This document shows, in pieces, positions 10,343-20,071 of a stretch of DNA of 64,000 bases. The stretch comes from a virus. Every line of letters starts with the position of its first letter. Position 1 is the stretch's first letter. The stretch lies in the IMG/VR virus record IMGVR_UViG_3300047319_000185, positions 32,001 to 96,000 of that record. The stretch is one strand, 5' to 3'. The position numbers were made by a program, and so were the translations under genes. Under the pieces are notes generated by a model. That model was not told the origin of the DNA and made no database searches. It worked only from the letters and a program-made list of their open reading frames with translations.

Positions 10343-11191
10343 CAGAATACCCACATTGAGTGGGACAGGAACCTCTCCTTCGCACGCATGGCACTTTGCA
10401 AATACCTTGTCGTAGCGTGGTCCAGGCTGGTTGTTGTATATGTACTCTTGCAGAGTATTTCTGTCAGCGATACTCATTCTCTTTACATCTGCCAGACCGT
10501 TGCTCATCTTCTCGGAGCCATCAGCTTCAGTGAAAGAGATAACACAGTTGGCAAGGGTTATGCTGTTCATTTCAGGAAGGGTCAGTACGTTCTTGAATAT
10601 TTCATTCTGTACAGCACCAGTAGGGAAATTGATCTTTGCCTTACGTCCCTTACGAAGTTCTACAAGGAACTCTCGTTCCTCAGGATCATCAAGCTTGCCA
10701 ACAGGGATGTCCTTGAGATCCATGGAAAGGTCATTGCTCTCGTCACAATGAGGACAAGTAACATTGAATACCTCAAACTCGTCACCGAAAGTCGCACGAC
10801 GAATACCCAGCATCAGCATGTCCAGGTCTCCCTGCATCATGGAATCAAGAAGATCCTGCGTAGCCTTCTTGTCTCCTACAGATACCGTTCCACACAGTAG
10901 GAGAGTATTGATGTACTTGGCGGGGTTGGTAGCAGATCTAGCCTTTGCTATCTTTTCCTCATGCTCACCATTGAGTTCCTGTACCTCTGCATCCTGACGA
11001 ATCTTTCCATCAATCTCGATACCCGCAGGAAGTTTTACATAGGTATCGGGCAGTTCCTCAATGGAAGGGGCAGGCTGTAGGGAATGAAGAACTCTCTTTG
11101 TAAGCTCATGAAGTTCTTGATCTGTACCCTTACCTACCTGCCCCTTGTCATCATCAAAGGACATTGAGTATTCTGGCTTTTGGTATTCCAT
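10328..11191 (-). CDS. Tail/baseplate hub assembly chaperone (T4 gp26-like, two CxxC)
   Basis: V.LP.G, GD..MLMLGIRRATFG, CPHC, CHAC; between tube and tape measure; ATG 11191 after GGAG. Confidence 0.85.
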   Translation of the reverse strand: MEYQKPEYSMSFDDDKGQVGKGTDQELHELTKRVLHSLQPAPSIEELPDTYVKLPAGIEIDGKIRQDAEVQELNGEHEEKIAKARSATNPAKYINTLLLCGTVSVGDKKATQDLLDSMMQGDLDMLMLGIRRATFGDEFEVFNVTCPHCDESNDLSMDLKDIPVGKLDDPEEREFLVELRKGRKAKINFPTGAVQNEIFKNVLTLPEMNSITLANCVISFTEADGSEKMSNGLADVKRMSIADRNTLQEYIYNNQPGPRYDKVFAKCHACEGEVPVPLNVGILFREL

Positions 11192-11235
11192 TAATTCTCC
11201 AAATATTGTCACGAAAGGTTATACATCAGTCTAGC

Positions 11236-11811
11236 TTAAAAGTTAACTCCGCTCAAGCCAATCTGTGAAGCCAGCTTATAATCGAATCCTTCGTGAGCCA
11301 ATGAGATCTGCTGCATAAGAACAGCGTTGGCTCCAGCATCTAGATCAGAGAATGCCATGGAAGTAATCCATGCATTGTAGATTCTATAGATAGCCTTGAC
11401 AGGAACAGTTGGTGTGGTTACTGGGTGGTCCAGAACCATGACATCAACTGTTGCGCGGAAATCCTGACCTGGAGAACCTGTTCCTGTTCCCTGCATTACT
11501 GTGAATAGTTCGCGCATCCACTGCCACATAGGTCCAGAACCAACTGCTACACCTTGGGATAAAGTAATTGGTGCGAAGTCACTCTGCCCGGGCATTTTCT
11601 GTGTTGTCGTGTTCATTCCACCTTCACGATATGGAATAACTTCAGTGGTTACATTCAAACCACTTACAGTCATGAATCCCATAGTAGTGAAACCAGAAAT
11701 ATGTGGGTGCATGATATTTACATTGAACTTGAAATTTCTTAGTGGATCTGTGGCCAAGTGAGCAATAGACGGAGTTGCCTTAGCTGTAGGCGCGGTTACA
11801 GTAGTAGCCAT
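11236..11811 (-). CDS. Tail tube protein (T4 gp19-like)
   Basis: DPLRNFKF...GF..VSGL...YREGG...KMPG...ITL..G...NAW...L.HEG. Confidence 0.96.
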   Translation of the reverse strand: MATTVTAPTAKATPSIAHLATDPLRNFKFNVNIMHPHISGFTTMGFMTVSGLNVTTEVIPYREGGMNTTTQKMPGQSDFAPITLSQGVAVGSGPMWQWMRELFTVMQGTGTGSPGQDFRATVDVMVLDHPVTTPTVPVKAIYRIYNAWITSMAFSDLDAGANAVLMQQISLAHEGFDYKLASQIGLSGVNF

Positions 11812-11823
11812 TTAACTATCCCC

Positions 11824-13722
11824 TTATCCGGTAGTTGTTGTAGAAGCGGCCATCTGGTTAATGTCGATCACAACGAACTCAGCAGGACTGTTAAGAGCCA
11901 AACCAACTTGTACGTGGACTTCGCCAGCAGCGATGGTTGTTGGAGTATTGTTTCCAGAGTCGCACTCTACAAAGAATGCCTGACTTGCTGTGTCTCCGTT
12001 AAGAACACCCTGCTGCCAAATTCCCTGTAGATATTGACTTACTACAGCAGAAAGTCTTGCCCATAGGTTTGCATTGTTGTTCTCGAAGATTGCAAACTGA
12101 GTAGCCTGTGTCAGCGTGTACTGGATATTCATAAGAGTACGCTCAATGGATACATAGCGACTAGGTAGTGTAGGTAGAAGAGTTCTTGCACCCATAACAC
12201 AGAATCCATAAGATGAAATATTACGGATGATGTTAATACCATTGGAGTTCAGGGTATCCAGGTTGGTATTCTGGAATGCCAGTTCAACTCCTGCAACTCT
12301 CTGAAGAGGAATGGTTACACCAGCAGGAGACTTCTGTACACCAACCTGAGCATCTGTCTGAGAGTACAGACCTAGAACAGCCCCACCAGGTGGAAGAGTT
12401 CTTGTAGCACCAGGTGTAGAAGAAACAGGATCTGGAACCTGTACCCATGGAGCGTAGATAGAAGCGGCAGATGTAGGAGTGATCTGACTATTTCCCACAA
12501 CCATATTCAGGTAGCTGTTCACAGTAGCGGACTCATTAGGCGTAAATCCGTCAGTTCCGATTGTTGCAGGTGGCGCATCAATTACTGTGAAGATATTAGG
12601 AACAGACTCTGTCCAAGCAAGAATAGGATTCAGAGTAGTTGTGGATGTAACACCAGGAAGATTCAGATCAAGATTGCCCTGAATAGTATTCAGAGTCTGT
12701 GTGGCAGTCAGAAGACTTGGAGTAGCTGACCCGTCAGCACCAGATGCAAGAGCTATAGGAGACTGGTCTTGTGGGGTGATGGCAGTAGTCCAGGTTGTAT
12801 ACGCGCCTAGGTCAACAGCATGAATGTACTTGGACCCTAGCAACGTAGAGTTAATCATGGATACTGCATAGCGCTGATCAGTTCTGTTCATTGTCACATC
12901 AATGAAACGCTCAACGATCATTGCGTCAGCGGTTCCACCATAGCGTACAGTCAGATTAAATCTTCCTACACCATTGACAGAGTCAGTGATATCGATGAAG
13001 ATCTGATTCCCCCAAGCTCCCACAGAGATACAGGAAAGCTTCAGAATTGGTACGGCAGTTCCAGTTGTATTGTAAAGAGGAATAGCTGTTGTAGGTGTGA
13101 AGCTACCATCATCAGTGAATGTAACTGTTGGGGAGGTAACAGAGCTTAGTAGTAGTGGAGTAGATAGTGGTCCACCAAGTGTAAGGTTACGACGGTAAAT
13201 CTTGTAACTGGTTGCTGTAGCTACAGCGGTCCAGGTAAGTACAACATTATTAGTCACAGTAAGAGTCTGGTTGGCGATAGCCTGTACAGGTACAGAACCA
13301 TTGGTTTCACCAGGAGACTTCACAGCAGTAACAGTGTACTCGTATGTGTAAGAAGGTGTAGTAGTTCCACCTGGTGTTGCACCAAGACCTGTTGGAGGAA
13401 GGATTGCTCCTACTCCTGCTTCACGGTCATTAAGAGTCTCGTTAGCTGCTACAGCATCAGAAGCTGCTGCGCGAACTACATAGCACTGATTTCCATTATT
13501 GGCGAAGTACTGCCATACGGCAAAGGGAAGATAGTTAGTGCCATTTCCGAATCCGCCGAACTGATCCACGAACTGGTTCCAACTATTTACAAGGGTTGGC
13601 TGAGTTGGTCCCTGAGTGTGAACACCCACGAACGCAGCCGTAGCTGCACCAGGACTATTGGTCCCAATGGTCAGCGGAGTCAATGATGTATTAACATATA
13701 CACCAGGACGCTGATATGTCAT
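11824..13722 (-). CDS. Contractile tail sheath protein with FN3-like insertion
   Basis: YQRPGVY, F...FGG, YF.N.G..CYVVR, GV.KSPAG, GARTL, PAEFVVI. Confidence 0.97.
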   Translation of the reverse strand: MTYQRPGVYVNTSLTPLTIGTNSPGAATAAFVGVHTQGPTQPTLVNSWNQFVDQFGGFGNGTNYLPFAVWQYFANNGNQCYVVRAAASDAVAANETLNDREAGVGAILPPTGLGATPGGTTTPSYTYEYTVTAVKSPGETNGSVPVQAIANQTLTVTNNVVLTWTAVATATSYKIYRRNLTLGGPLSTPLLLSSVTSPTVTFTDDGSFTPTTAIPLYNTTGTAVPILKLSCISVGAWGNQIFIDITDSVNGVGRFNLTVRYGGTADAMIVERFIDVTMNRTDQRYAVSMINSTLLGSKYIHAVDLGAYTTWTTAITPQDQSPIALASGADGSATPSLLTATQTLNTIQGNLDLNLPGVTSTTTLNPILAWTESVPNIFTVIDAPPATIGTDGFTPNESATVNSYLNMVVGNSQITPTSAASIYAPWVQVPDPVSSTPGATRTLPPGGAVLGLYSQTDAQVGVQKSPAGVTIPLQRVAGVELAFQNTNLDTLNSNGINIIRNISSYGFCVMGARTLLPTLPSRYVSIERTLMNIQYTLTQATQFAIFENNNANLWARLSAVVSQYLQGIWQQGVLNGDTASQAFFVECDSGNNTPTTIAAGEVHVQVGLALNSPAEFVVIDINQMAASTTTTG

Positions 13723-13755
13723 TAATATCTCCTAGCTAGGTAATTAATTGGTGGC

Positions 13756-15669
13756 TTACGTGTGATCAACGATCAGCCACGCAACGGTTGATGTATCCGC
13801 CGCATTACTGGAGTGGATAACGAAAGATGTACCTGCTGTAATAGTACCAATATTTAGGAATCCGGCGGTTCCACCGGTTATTTGTGGTGTCAGATAGATA
13901 CGACTATTAGCAGTTACAGCAGTAGTAGCTACAGTAACAGTTCCTGCAACAAGAACAGAAGTTCCCATCTTGGCATTCGTACCTTCTGCAATCTTTACAC
14001 CGCGACCAGCAGTAACAATAGCTAGGTCAGTTGTTGTTAGACCAAGTTGATTAGCCGCAGTTCTTCCAACAGTTACATCTCTAGCGGCAGCACCAGAGCC
14101 TACCGTGAATGAGCCATCTCCAAGTAAGCGAAATCTATCAAAAGCATCTGCACTATTTACATTGGAGGACAAGATAGTATTACCACTTGCGGAAGGCTGT
14201 GCAGCAATATTTCCCTTAGCAGAAGCTGCTGTACCTGTATTACCCAAAGTTACACTGGTAACAAAGTTGAAATTACCAGCACTAGTTTCCAATACAGCAG
14301 AAGGTGTTGCAGTAAACCAGTTAGCAGATGTTGATCCGGTACCTTGGAAAGAGGCATTGATAAAACGAACAGCTTGTGCAGCAGATATATTTACAGTCTG
14401 CTGCACTCCAGGAGTACCTATGGTAACTATTGGGGAGGCGAATCTGCAATCATCAACGTAGCCTGTTGAGGTTCCTGACCAGTTAATATCATAATTACTG
14501 CCAGTGGCTCCTTGACCACTAGTAGAAAAGAACAAGTCATTAAGATGAACAGGTGCCCCAGTACCCTCAACGGAAATACCATGAGTCTGATTATTAATGA
14601 AGCGTAGAGTACTAAGATGAATATTTACCGCAGCACCCGTAATACGCACACCTATAAGACCTTGCTGAATAACTCCACCGTCTATCTGAACATTCTGTGG
14701 AGACCCATTAGCGCTGTCTTCAATAAGAACATTATTACCTGTGTTTGGGCCTAGTGCATCCAAATTCTTTATAAAGGATGCTGCACAGTTCCCCTTTATA
14801 TGAAGACCCACACCTGTACCCAGAGATGTCCATAGGAATAGATTAGTAGCAAGAATATCCCAAGCATCTTCAATTCTAAGACCATCTAGATTAGCTGAGG
14901 CTCCTGTGGTAACTCCTCCGGAGATGTACTGAATATTGGATACGAAGGAATTTACAGCAAAACCAGAAGCAGTGTTTCCTAGGAATCTGATGCCACCAGC
15001 AGAAGATCGGATAATAACATCCGTTATCATAGTCGCATCAGGATTATTACTTGAACTACCTCCGGCTGTTACTTCAATCGCCCATCCGTTGATGAACCAG
15101 AATACGCAACGAGTAATTTTGGAACGACGTACAGCCGTTACTTCTACAGCATTAGCAATAGGATTACTAGTAGTAGTTGCATTATTTCCCTGAATAGTCA
15201 GGTCCACAACTTCACAAGTACTAGCAGTTATCTGAATAGCATAAGCTCCAGTAAAGCTGGAACCAATAGTAAGCTTAGCATTCTCTGCCCCAGAACCTCT
15301 AAGAACTGTTCCCACATTTGGGACAGTTAACTGAGAACTGTTAAGTAGGTAATTACCTGGTGGAAAGAATACTGTTCCACCATTAACAGCAGCGTTTATT
15401 GCTGCCTGAATAGCGGCAGTATCATCAACTACGCCGTTTCCTACTGCGAGATAATCCTTAACATTATATTGGTTTACTCCTGCTGCCGCCCCAGCACTTA
15501 TACCTAAATGGGATACCGCTAAAGGAACATTGGTTAGGTCACTTAAGTTATTCGCGCGCTGTAGCGCCCCAGCTATTGTGGAAGTATTGTTATTATCCAA
15601 CTGAGTTAACGCAGCATTGAGAGAGATATCCCAATTCAAAGAACCCTTAACGGGTAGTACTACTGCCAT
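13756..15669 (-). CDS. Right-handed beta-helix (Pectate_lyase_3-type) virion appendage / depolymerase
   Basis: NVKDY.A.G.GV.DDT.AIQ.AI...GGTVFFP.G.Y followed by beta-helix repeats. Confidence 0.85.
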   Translation of the reverse strand: MAVVLPVKGSLNWDISLNAALTQLDNNNTSTIAGALQRANNLSDLTNVPLAVSHLGISAGAAAGVNQYNVKDYLAVGNGVVDDTAAIQAAINAAVNGGTVFFPPGNYLLNSSQLTVPNVGTVLRGSGAENAKLTIGSSFTGAYAIQITASTCEVVDLTIQGNNATTTSNPIANAVEVTAVRRSKITRCVFWFINGWAIEVTAGGSSSNNPDATMITDVIIRSSAGGIRFLGNTASGFAVNSFVSNIQYISGGVTTGASANLDGLRIEDAWDILATNLFLWTSLGTGVGLHIKGNCAASFIKNLDALGPNTGNNVLIEDSANGSPQNVQIDGGVIQQGLIGVRITGAAVNIHLSTLRFINNQTHGISVEGTGAPVHLNDLFFSTSGQGATGSNYDINWSGTSTGYVDDCRFASPIVTIGTPGVQQTVNISAAQAVRFINASFQGTGSTSANWFTATPSAVLETSAGNFNFVTSVTLGNTGTAASAKGNIAAQPSASGNTILSSNVNSADAFDRFRLLGDGSFTVGSGAAARDVTVGRTAANQLGLTTTDLAIVTAGRGVKIAEGTNAKMGTSVLVAGTVTVATTAVTANSRIYLTPQITGGTAGFLNIGTITAGTSFVIHSSNAADTSTVAWLIVDHT

Positions 15670-15680
15670 GGAAACTCCTA

Positions 15681-16301
15681 CTACTCGACTGGGGGAAGAA
15701 CTGAAATAGTATTTATAACGGTGTGTACCTGTAGATACTTATTTACCTCTATAGGTAGTAGCTCTGTGGAAACTCTAACAGAATAGATGGAGTGGAATAC
15801 TCTCTTATCATCAGTATCATGAGTGCTCTGTCTCTCTGGGCCGGACATAAGATCCATTCGGCGTACTGTGCCATCCTCAGGTATTGCTAGATAGCCATGT
15901 CTTACGCTAAGGAAATCAGGTCCAGATAGTACAGCAGAAAGAAAAGTAGAGTGCTTGTTAGTTCTGGAAAGTACTTCTATTTGGTAATCAATATTATACG
16001 GTATAGGAGTAAAAGCCCAGTATGGACTATTAGTGACGTCTAGGTTAGAGTCATTTATCCACTGCTCAAAACCTTCTGGAGTGTACGGCAACTGTGACCA
16101 ACCAGAGGAAGCACGCTCTGCATCATATGACAAGCCAACATTGCAGATGATGATAGAAGGGTAGGTAAGGTCTACTAGTTCCGTATCATTGTCCAGCCAG
16201 GTAACCTGTACTGGTCTTCCTGTATCAGGAGCATTGACGTCCTGTACAACCATTCCGGAGAATTTTTCCATCATGGCTCTATCTTCATTGAAGATAAACA
16301 T
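15681..16301 (-). CDS. Tail terminator / completion protein
   Basis: TYPSI, PIPYNIDYQI motif; synteny. Confidence 0.7.
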   Translation of the reverse strand: MFIFNEDRAMMEKFSGMVVQDVNAPDTGRPVQVTWLDNDTELVDLTYPSIIICNVGLSYDAERASSGWSQLPYTPEGFEQWINDSNLDVTNSPYWAFTPIPYNIDYQIEVLSRTNKHSTFLSAVLSGPDFLSVRHGYLAIPEDGTVRRMDLMSGPERQSTHDTDDKRVFHSIYSVRVSTELLPIEVNKYLQVHTVINTISVLPPVE

Positions 16302-16313
16302 ATAACTCCTTAC

Positions 16314-17021
16314 TTACTGGTTGGCTGGATTAGGATTTAATGATGGAATAATCTGTCTTAGCTGCTTGCTCATTCCATTTGACGGCTCAGGAACCTTGTA
16401 GTTAAGTGGATAAGCACTACCATGACCACTGTTGTATGGATCATAGGAAGCATTGTTTAGATTCCACTGCTGTTCAAACGCTGCACCAGATCTGACATCT
16501 GTTGGAACAGCATACTGTGCGAACTGTATATCATTTACTAGCTCATCCGGCTTAACCTGTGTGGCATCAATAGCCACGATAATGTCTCGCTGTTGAATCT
16601 GGCCGAGAACCTGCACAGTGGTTACACGGAATACCTTTGTGTCATAGACGAATCTGTCCTTAAGGTAGTTAGCAGTATTGATATCCATCTTATTCAGACC
16701 CAGCTTCTTCAACTGGTCAAAGGATAATGTGACATGCGCTCTGTCGTTGTAGTAGAAACCGTCTTCAGAATTATCGTTGTCTCCCTCAATATGGATAACA
16801 TGGAGAGCTGGAACATTCATAGGACCAAAATAGATTCTACCCAAAGGAGAATCTGCTTCACCATAGACAGGATCAACACTGGACTGGTCGTAAGCAAATC
16901 TGAAATAGGCTACAGTATCTCCTGTCCATCTCTGCCAATCACGAAGACCTCCATAGATAGAGGCAGTTTCAAAGTCGACAGAAAAGCGGCCACCCTTCCA
17001 GCCTGCTCGGTCAATCGCCAT
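16314..17021 (-). CDS. Head closure / neck protein
   Basis: DPVYGE, DRFVYD..VFRV; synteny. Confidence 0.65.
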   Translation of the reverse strand: MAIDRAGWKGGRFSVDFETASIYGGLRDWQRWTGDTVAYFRFAYDQSSVDPVYGEADSPLGRIYFGPMNVPALHVIHIEGDNDNSEDGFYYNDRAHVTLSFDQLKKLGLNKMDINTANYLKDRFVYDTKVFRVTTVQVLGQIQQRDIIVAIDATQVKPDELVNDIQFAQYAVPTDVRSGAAFEQQWNLNNASYDPYNSGHGSAYPLNYKVPEPSNGMSKQLRQIIPSLNPNPANQ

Positions 17022-17054
17022 ACTAGCTCTCTTTCCATGGAGGTCTTCATTGGA

Positions 17055-17879
17055 CTACAATCCCCATAGGCCACCGAAGATAGGTGAACTTAGGTTGCTC
17101 TCGTCTTCTTCTCTTGCATCGATAGGAGGCAACTGACGACGTGGCAATTCGTAATCGTCGTACTCTCTGTCCTCAAAGATAGGTACCAAACGATTGGTAG
17201 TTCTGGAAACTCTACGAATCTTGGACATCTCTATTGCGTTTAGTCCTACGTTAAGCATAGCGCAAAGCTGGTTGTACCTTGCAGTCATACCATCGATCTG
17301 TTCACGGATCTGCTGGTATCTCTGACTACGCGGAACAGTAGTTCCATCAGCGGAAGAGATATCGATATCGGTAGAAGCATCAGTAGCAAGTGCCCAAAGA
17401 GCATCAATGGATGCGCGGATAGCTACTAGAGTTCCTTCAATCTCTGGGAGATTGGATAGATCCATTGGTACTCTGACGTACTTAAGGAATCCATTTGAAT
17501 CCTTGTAGCGTGTCTTGGTTGTTCTACCATTGACGTGCTGAAGAGTCGCATCATTTATAAAATCTGTAAGCTCAGTATCGGAAAACATTCCACCAGCAAA
17601 TCCTGATACTACAAGAGTATCTCCTTGAGGAAGTGGTGCTGAAGCTCCCTGTAGGAAGATGCGGCCTTCCTGACTATTGAAACTGTAGTCAGTATTGGCT
17701 ACTAGAAGGATAGGTGCTTGATTATGAATCCATGTTACTGTCACGTTCCATACATTGAAATCTGTAAGATCATAGGTGGACACCATTCCCGTACCTAAGA
17801 AGGTATCTGAGAATGGTGCCCCTGTGTCCCCCAGCTCAGTGCGGACTCTACTGATAATGTCCTGAGTAGTGAAGCCCAT
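17055..17879 (-). CDS. Head-tail adaptor / neck protein
   Basis: RVR.ELGD...FSD.EL..F adaptor motif. Confidence 0.7.
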   Translation of the reverse strand: MGFTTQDIISRVRTELGDTGAPFSDTFLGTGMVSTYDLTDFNVWNVTVTWIHNQAPILLVANTDYSFNSQEGRIFLQGASAPLPQGDTLVVSGFAGGMFSDTELTDFINDATLQHVNGRTTKTRYKDSNGFLKYVRVPMDLSNLPEIEGTLVAIRASIDALWALATDASTDIDISSADGTTVPRSQRYQQIREQIDGMTARYNQLCAMLNVGLNAIEMSKIRRVSRTTNRLVPIFEDREYDDYELPRRQLPPIDAREEDESNLSSPIFGGLWGL

Positions 17880-17892
17880 AGCTGGAACCTAC

Positions 17893-18345
17893 TTACTGTT
17901 GTGTGAGTGTGATATTAGCTATTGGAATAGTAATAGATTGATTCTGTGGAGCCAGCACTGGTATATCCCACTGCCAAGTAGCAATAACTTCCCCAGAAGT
18001 TCCGGATACAACATTGACCAGTGCCCCAAATGTTGTAGTAGTTCCAGAGCCAGCAGCTCCTGTAAAGGGTCCGAATGTCAGAAGATTAGAATTCTGAATC
18101 TGACTGGTTCCATTATTAGGTGTAGATGCTGCTGTAAATGTAGCGACCTGTCGTGCATAACCTGTAGCCGCAAGTTCAGTAAGTTCTGATAGCTGCGGAT
18201 TAGTTGGAACTGCTGAAGTAGTCGTAGGATCTGCGGTCAGTAGCATAACGTATGCAGTTGTCGGAGGAGTCCAACCACCTAGTGAAGTACCTGTAATCCA
18301 GTCCAGCATGGCACGGTCTGTTGTGTCGGTGAAATTACCTGACAT
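17893..18345 (-). CDS. Virion fibre/decoration-type protein
   Basis: YV.L.TADP...E....GYARQ...F motif seen in actinophage structural genes. Confidence 0.65.
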   Translation of the reverse strand: MSGNFTDTTDRAMLDWITGTSLGGWTPPTTAYVMLLTADPTTTSAVPTNPQLSELTELAATGYARQVATFTAASTPNNGTSQIQNSNLLTFGPFTGAAGSGTTTTFGALVNVVSGTSGEVIATWQWDIPVLAPQNQSITIPIANITLTQQ

Positions 18346-18380
18346 ATTGACTTCCTATTTTGTCGAGACAAAAGCTTGTC

Positions 18381-18761
18381 TTAGCGGTAGCCACCGGTCC
18401 ATAGGAGGCCCTTACTGTCTAGGTGTCTCGCCAAATCCAGCGGCACCGTATACTTGCGGCCCTCTTCAAAGTTATAGTGCTGTCCGGCACCAAAGGTTAC
18501 AGACTCAAGAGTAGTATTCGGGATGATCGTACGAGTCGGGGTTTCCAGCTCAATCTCTTCATCTCTTTGGTAAAGCTCATCCTCTACTACACGGGTAAGG
18601 GGACCATCTGAATAATCAATAGGAACTGCGTTCTCCTCGGCTTCAACCTCAGCCATCATAGAAATTTCCTGTGATCTCTTCTTGAGTTCAGCCTGGTTTT
18701 CCTTCTGAAGACGCTCAGTCTCAATACCTGTCAAGTCTCCTGCACGCTTACGTGGTGGCAT
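18381..18761 (-). CDS. Hypothetical head-associated protein
   Basis: RBS GGAG; position in head operon. Confidence 0.55.
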   Translation of the reverse strand: MPPRKRAGDLTGIETERLQKENQAELKKRSQEISMMAEVEAEENAVPIDYSDGPLTRVVEDELYQRDEEIELETPTRTIIPNTTLESVTFGAGQHYNFEEGRKYTVPLDLARHLDSKGLLWTGGYR

Positions 18762-18929
18762 TCTATTCTCCAATTTAGTTTCTCAGTTAGTAGGATCTCT
18801 GATCCGTTATCTATATTGTAACGCTTTTGATATGGGGTTTAGGGTTGGTACAGCTTTTGAGGACACTAGACACACTATGGGGACTGTGCTATGATGATCT
18901 TATCATCCACTTCAACGAAAGGCTTTACT

Positions 18930-19229
18930 GTGAAGAACATTCTGCACTTCGACCTTAACGAGACTAAGTCTGCCAAGATTCTAGCAAACCAGGAAAACAT
19001 CTGCCTAGTCTGCCAGCTACCTTTTGGCAAGGAGCACCCTAAGTATGACGTGTTTGCTCCTGCTGATGAGAACCACGGTTTTGAACCCTGCATGACTCAG
19101 GTCACTCTAAACTCTCCCTTGGGTATGCACTTTATCCATATAGATTGTGATCTGGGAATGTACCTATTCGACTATAGTGCTGAGCTTATGCAGAGGGCCT
19201 ATGCTTATGTCACTAAGGAGAATAATTAG
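18930..19229 (+). CDS. Degenerate endonuclease VII-like protein
   Basis: IL..Q...C..C...and G....D.S...M..A..Y scaffold, lacking the DH motif. Confidence 0.5.
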   Translation: MKNILHFDLNETKSAKILANQENICLVCQLPFGKEHPKYDVFAPADENHGFEPCMTQVTLNSPLGMHFIHIDCDLGMYLFDYSAELMQRAYAYVTKENN

Positions 19230-19233
19230 GCTA

Positions 19234-20007
19234 ATGGCTACCATTGAATGTTCAGTCGATGAGTGTATGACTAAGGTGCACTCAAAGGGTCTGTGTCAGA
19301 AGCACTATCGCAGGTTTAACCGGAATGGTAATACTGATCTCCAGGGTACTCCTGAGATTAGCTGGGAGCTGATTCGTGCTAAGAGTGTTCAGTATAACGA
19401 TTGTATTATCTGGCAGGGTTCTACTGATAAGGACGGATATCCTCGGGCTTACTCCCCTGCCCTTTATAAGGCAGGAAGCACCAATCCACTAATATATATT
19501 CGACGCTGGATTATGGAACAGCTAGGGGAGGATATAAAGTCTAATATTATAGAGAGTTCCTGCGGAGATAAGCTCTGTCTATCAAAGAAGCACCTTCAGA
19601 AGTCTACAGTTTCTGAAGGTCTATGGACTGCCGCAGGAATAAACTCTCGTAAAGAGTTCTGTCCTAGCGGCCACCCTATAGATTCAGAAACTAAGGACGG
19701 TAAGCGATACTGCCGAATTTGCACTAAGGGATATCAGCTTAAGTATCTTTACGGAATTAATCTTGATGAGTATAACCAAATGCTTGTTGATCAGGATAAT
19801 AAGTGTGTTGGTTGCGAGAAAACCTTTGGTCGTATTCCTGGGCCCTGGGGAGATCGTACAGAAGCATTTGTGGACCATTGTCATTACTCAGGGCTAGTTA
19901 GAGCGCTTCTCTGTATGAAGTGTAATAGTATCCTAGGATTCGCTAAGGATAGTATAGCTACCCTTAAAAATCTTATTAAGCTATTAGAAGCTAATACTGT
20001 AGATTAA
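19234..20007 (+). CDS. Endonuclease VII-family nuclease with N-terminal Zn-finger/HNH-like modules
   Basis: YGI.L.EY..ML..Q...C..C...VDHCH.SG.VRALLC..CN..LG. Confidence 0.88.
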   Translation: MATIECSVDECMTKVHSKGLCQKHYRRFNRNGNTDLQGTPEISWELIRAKSVQYNDCIIWQGSTDKDGYPRAYSPALYKAGSTNPLIYIRRWIMEQLGEDIKSNIIESSCGDKLCLSKKHLQKSTVSEGLWTAAGINSRKEFCPSGHPIDSETKDGKRYCRICTKGYQLKYLYGINLDEYNQMLVDQDNKCVGCEKTFGRIPGPWGDRTEAFVDHCHYSGLVRALLCMKCNSILGFAKDSIATLKNLIKLLEANTVD

Positions 20008-20009
20008 AT

Positions 20010-20050
20010 AATACCCTTCCTTTCTATAAACTCTAGAAAGGAAGGGTATT
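20010..20050. terminator. Bidirectional terminator between convergent EndoVII and capsid genes
   Basis: 17-bp perfect inverted repeat aatacccttcctttcta / tagaaaggaagggtatt. Confidence 0.8.
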
Positions 20051-20071
20051 TCTTTATGCTAAACTATGGTA

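Noticed and set aside
2191-13722. Extracellular contractile injection system or tailocin
   Set aside because: The tail genes resemble eCIS components, but capsid, portal and terminase genes are present, so this is a complete phage.
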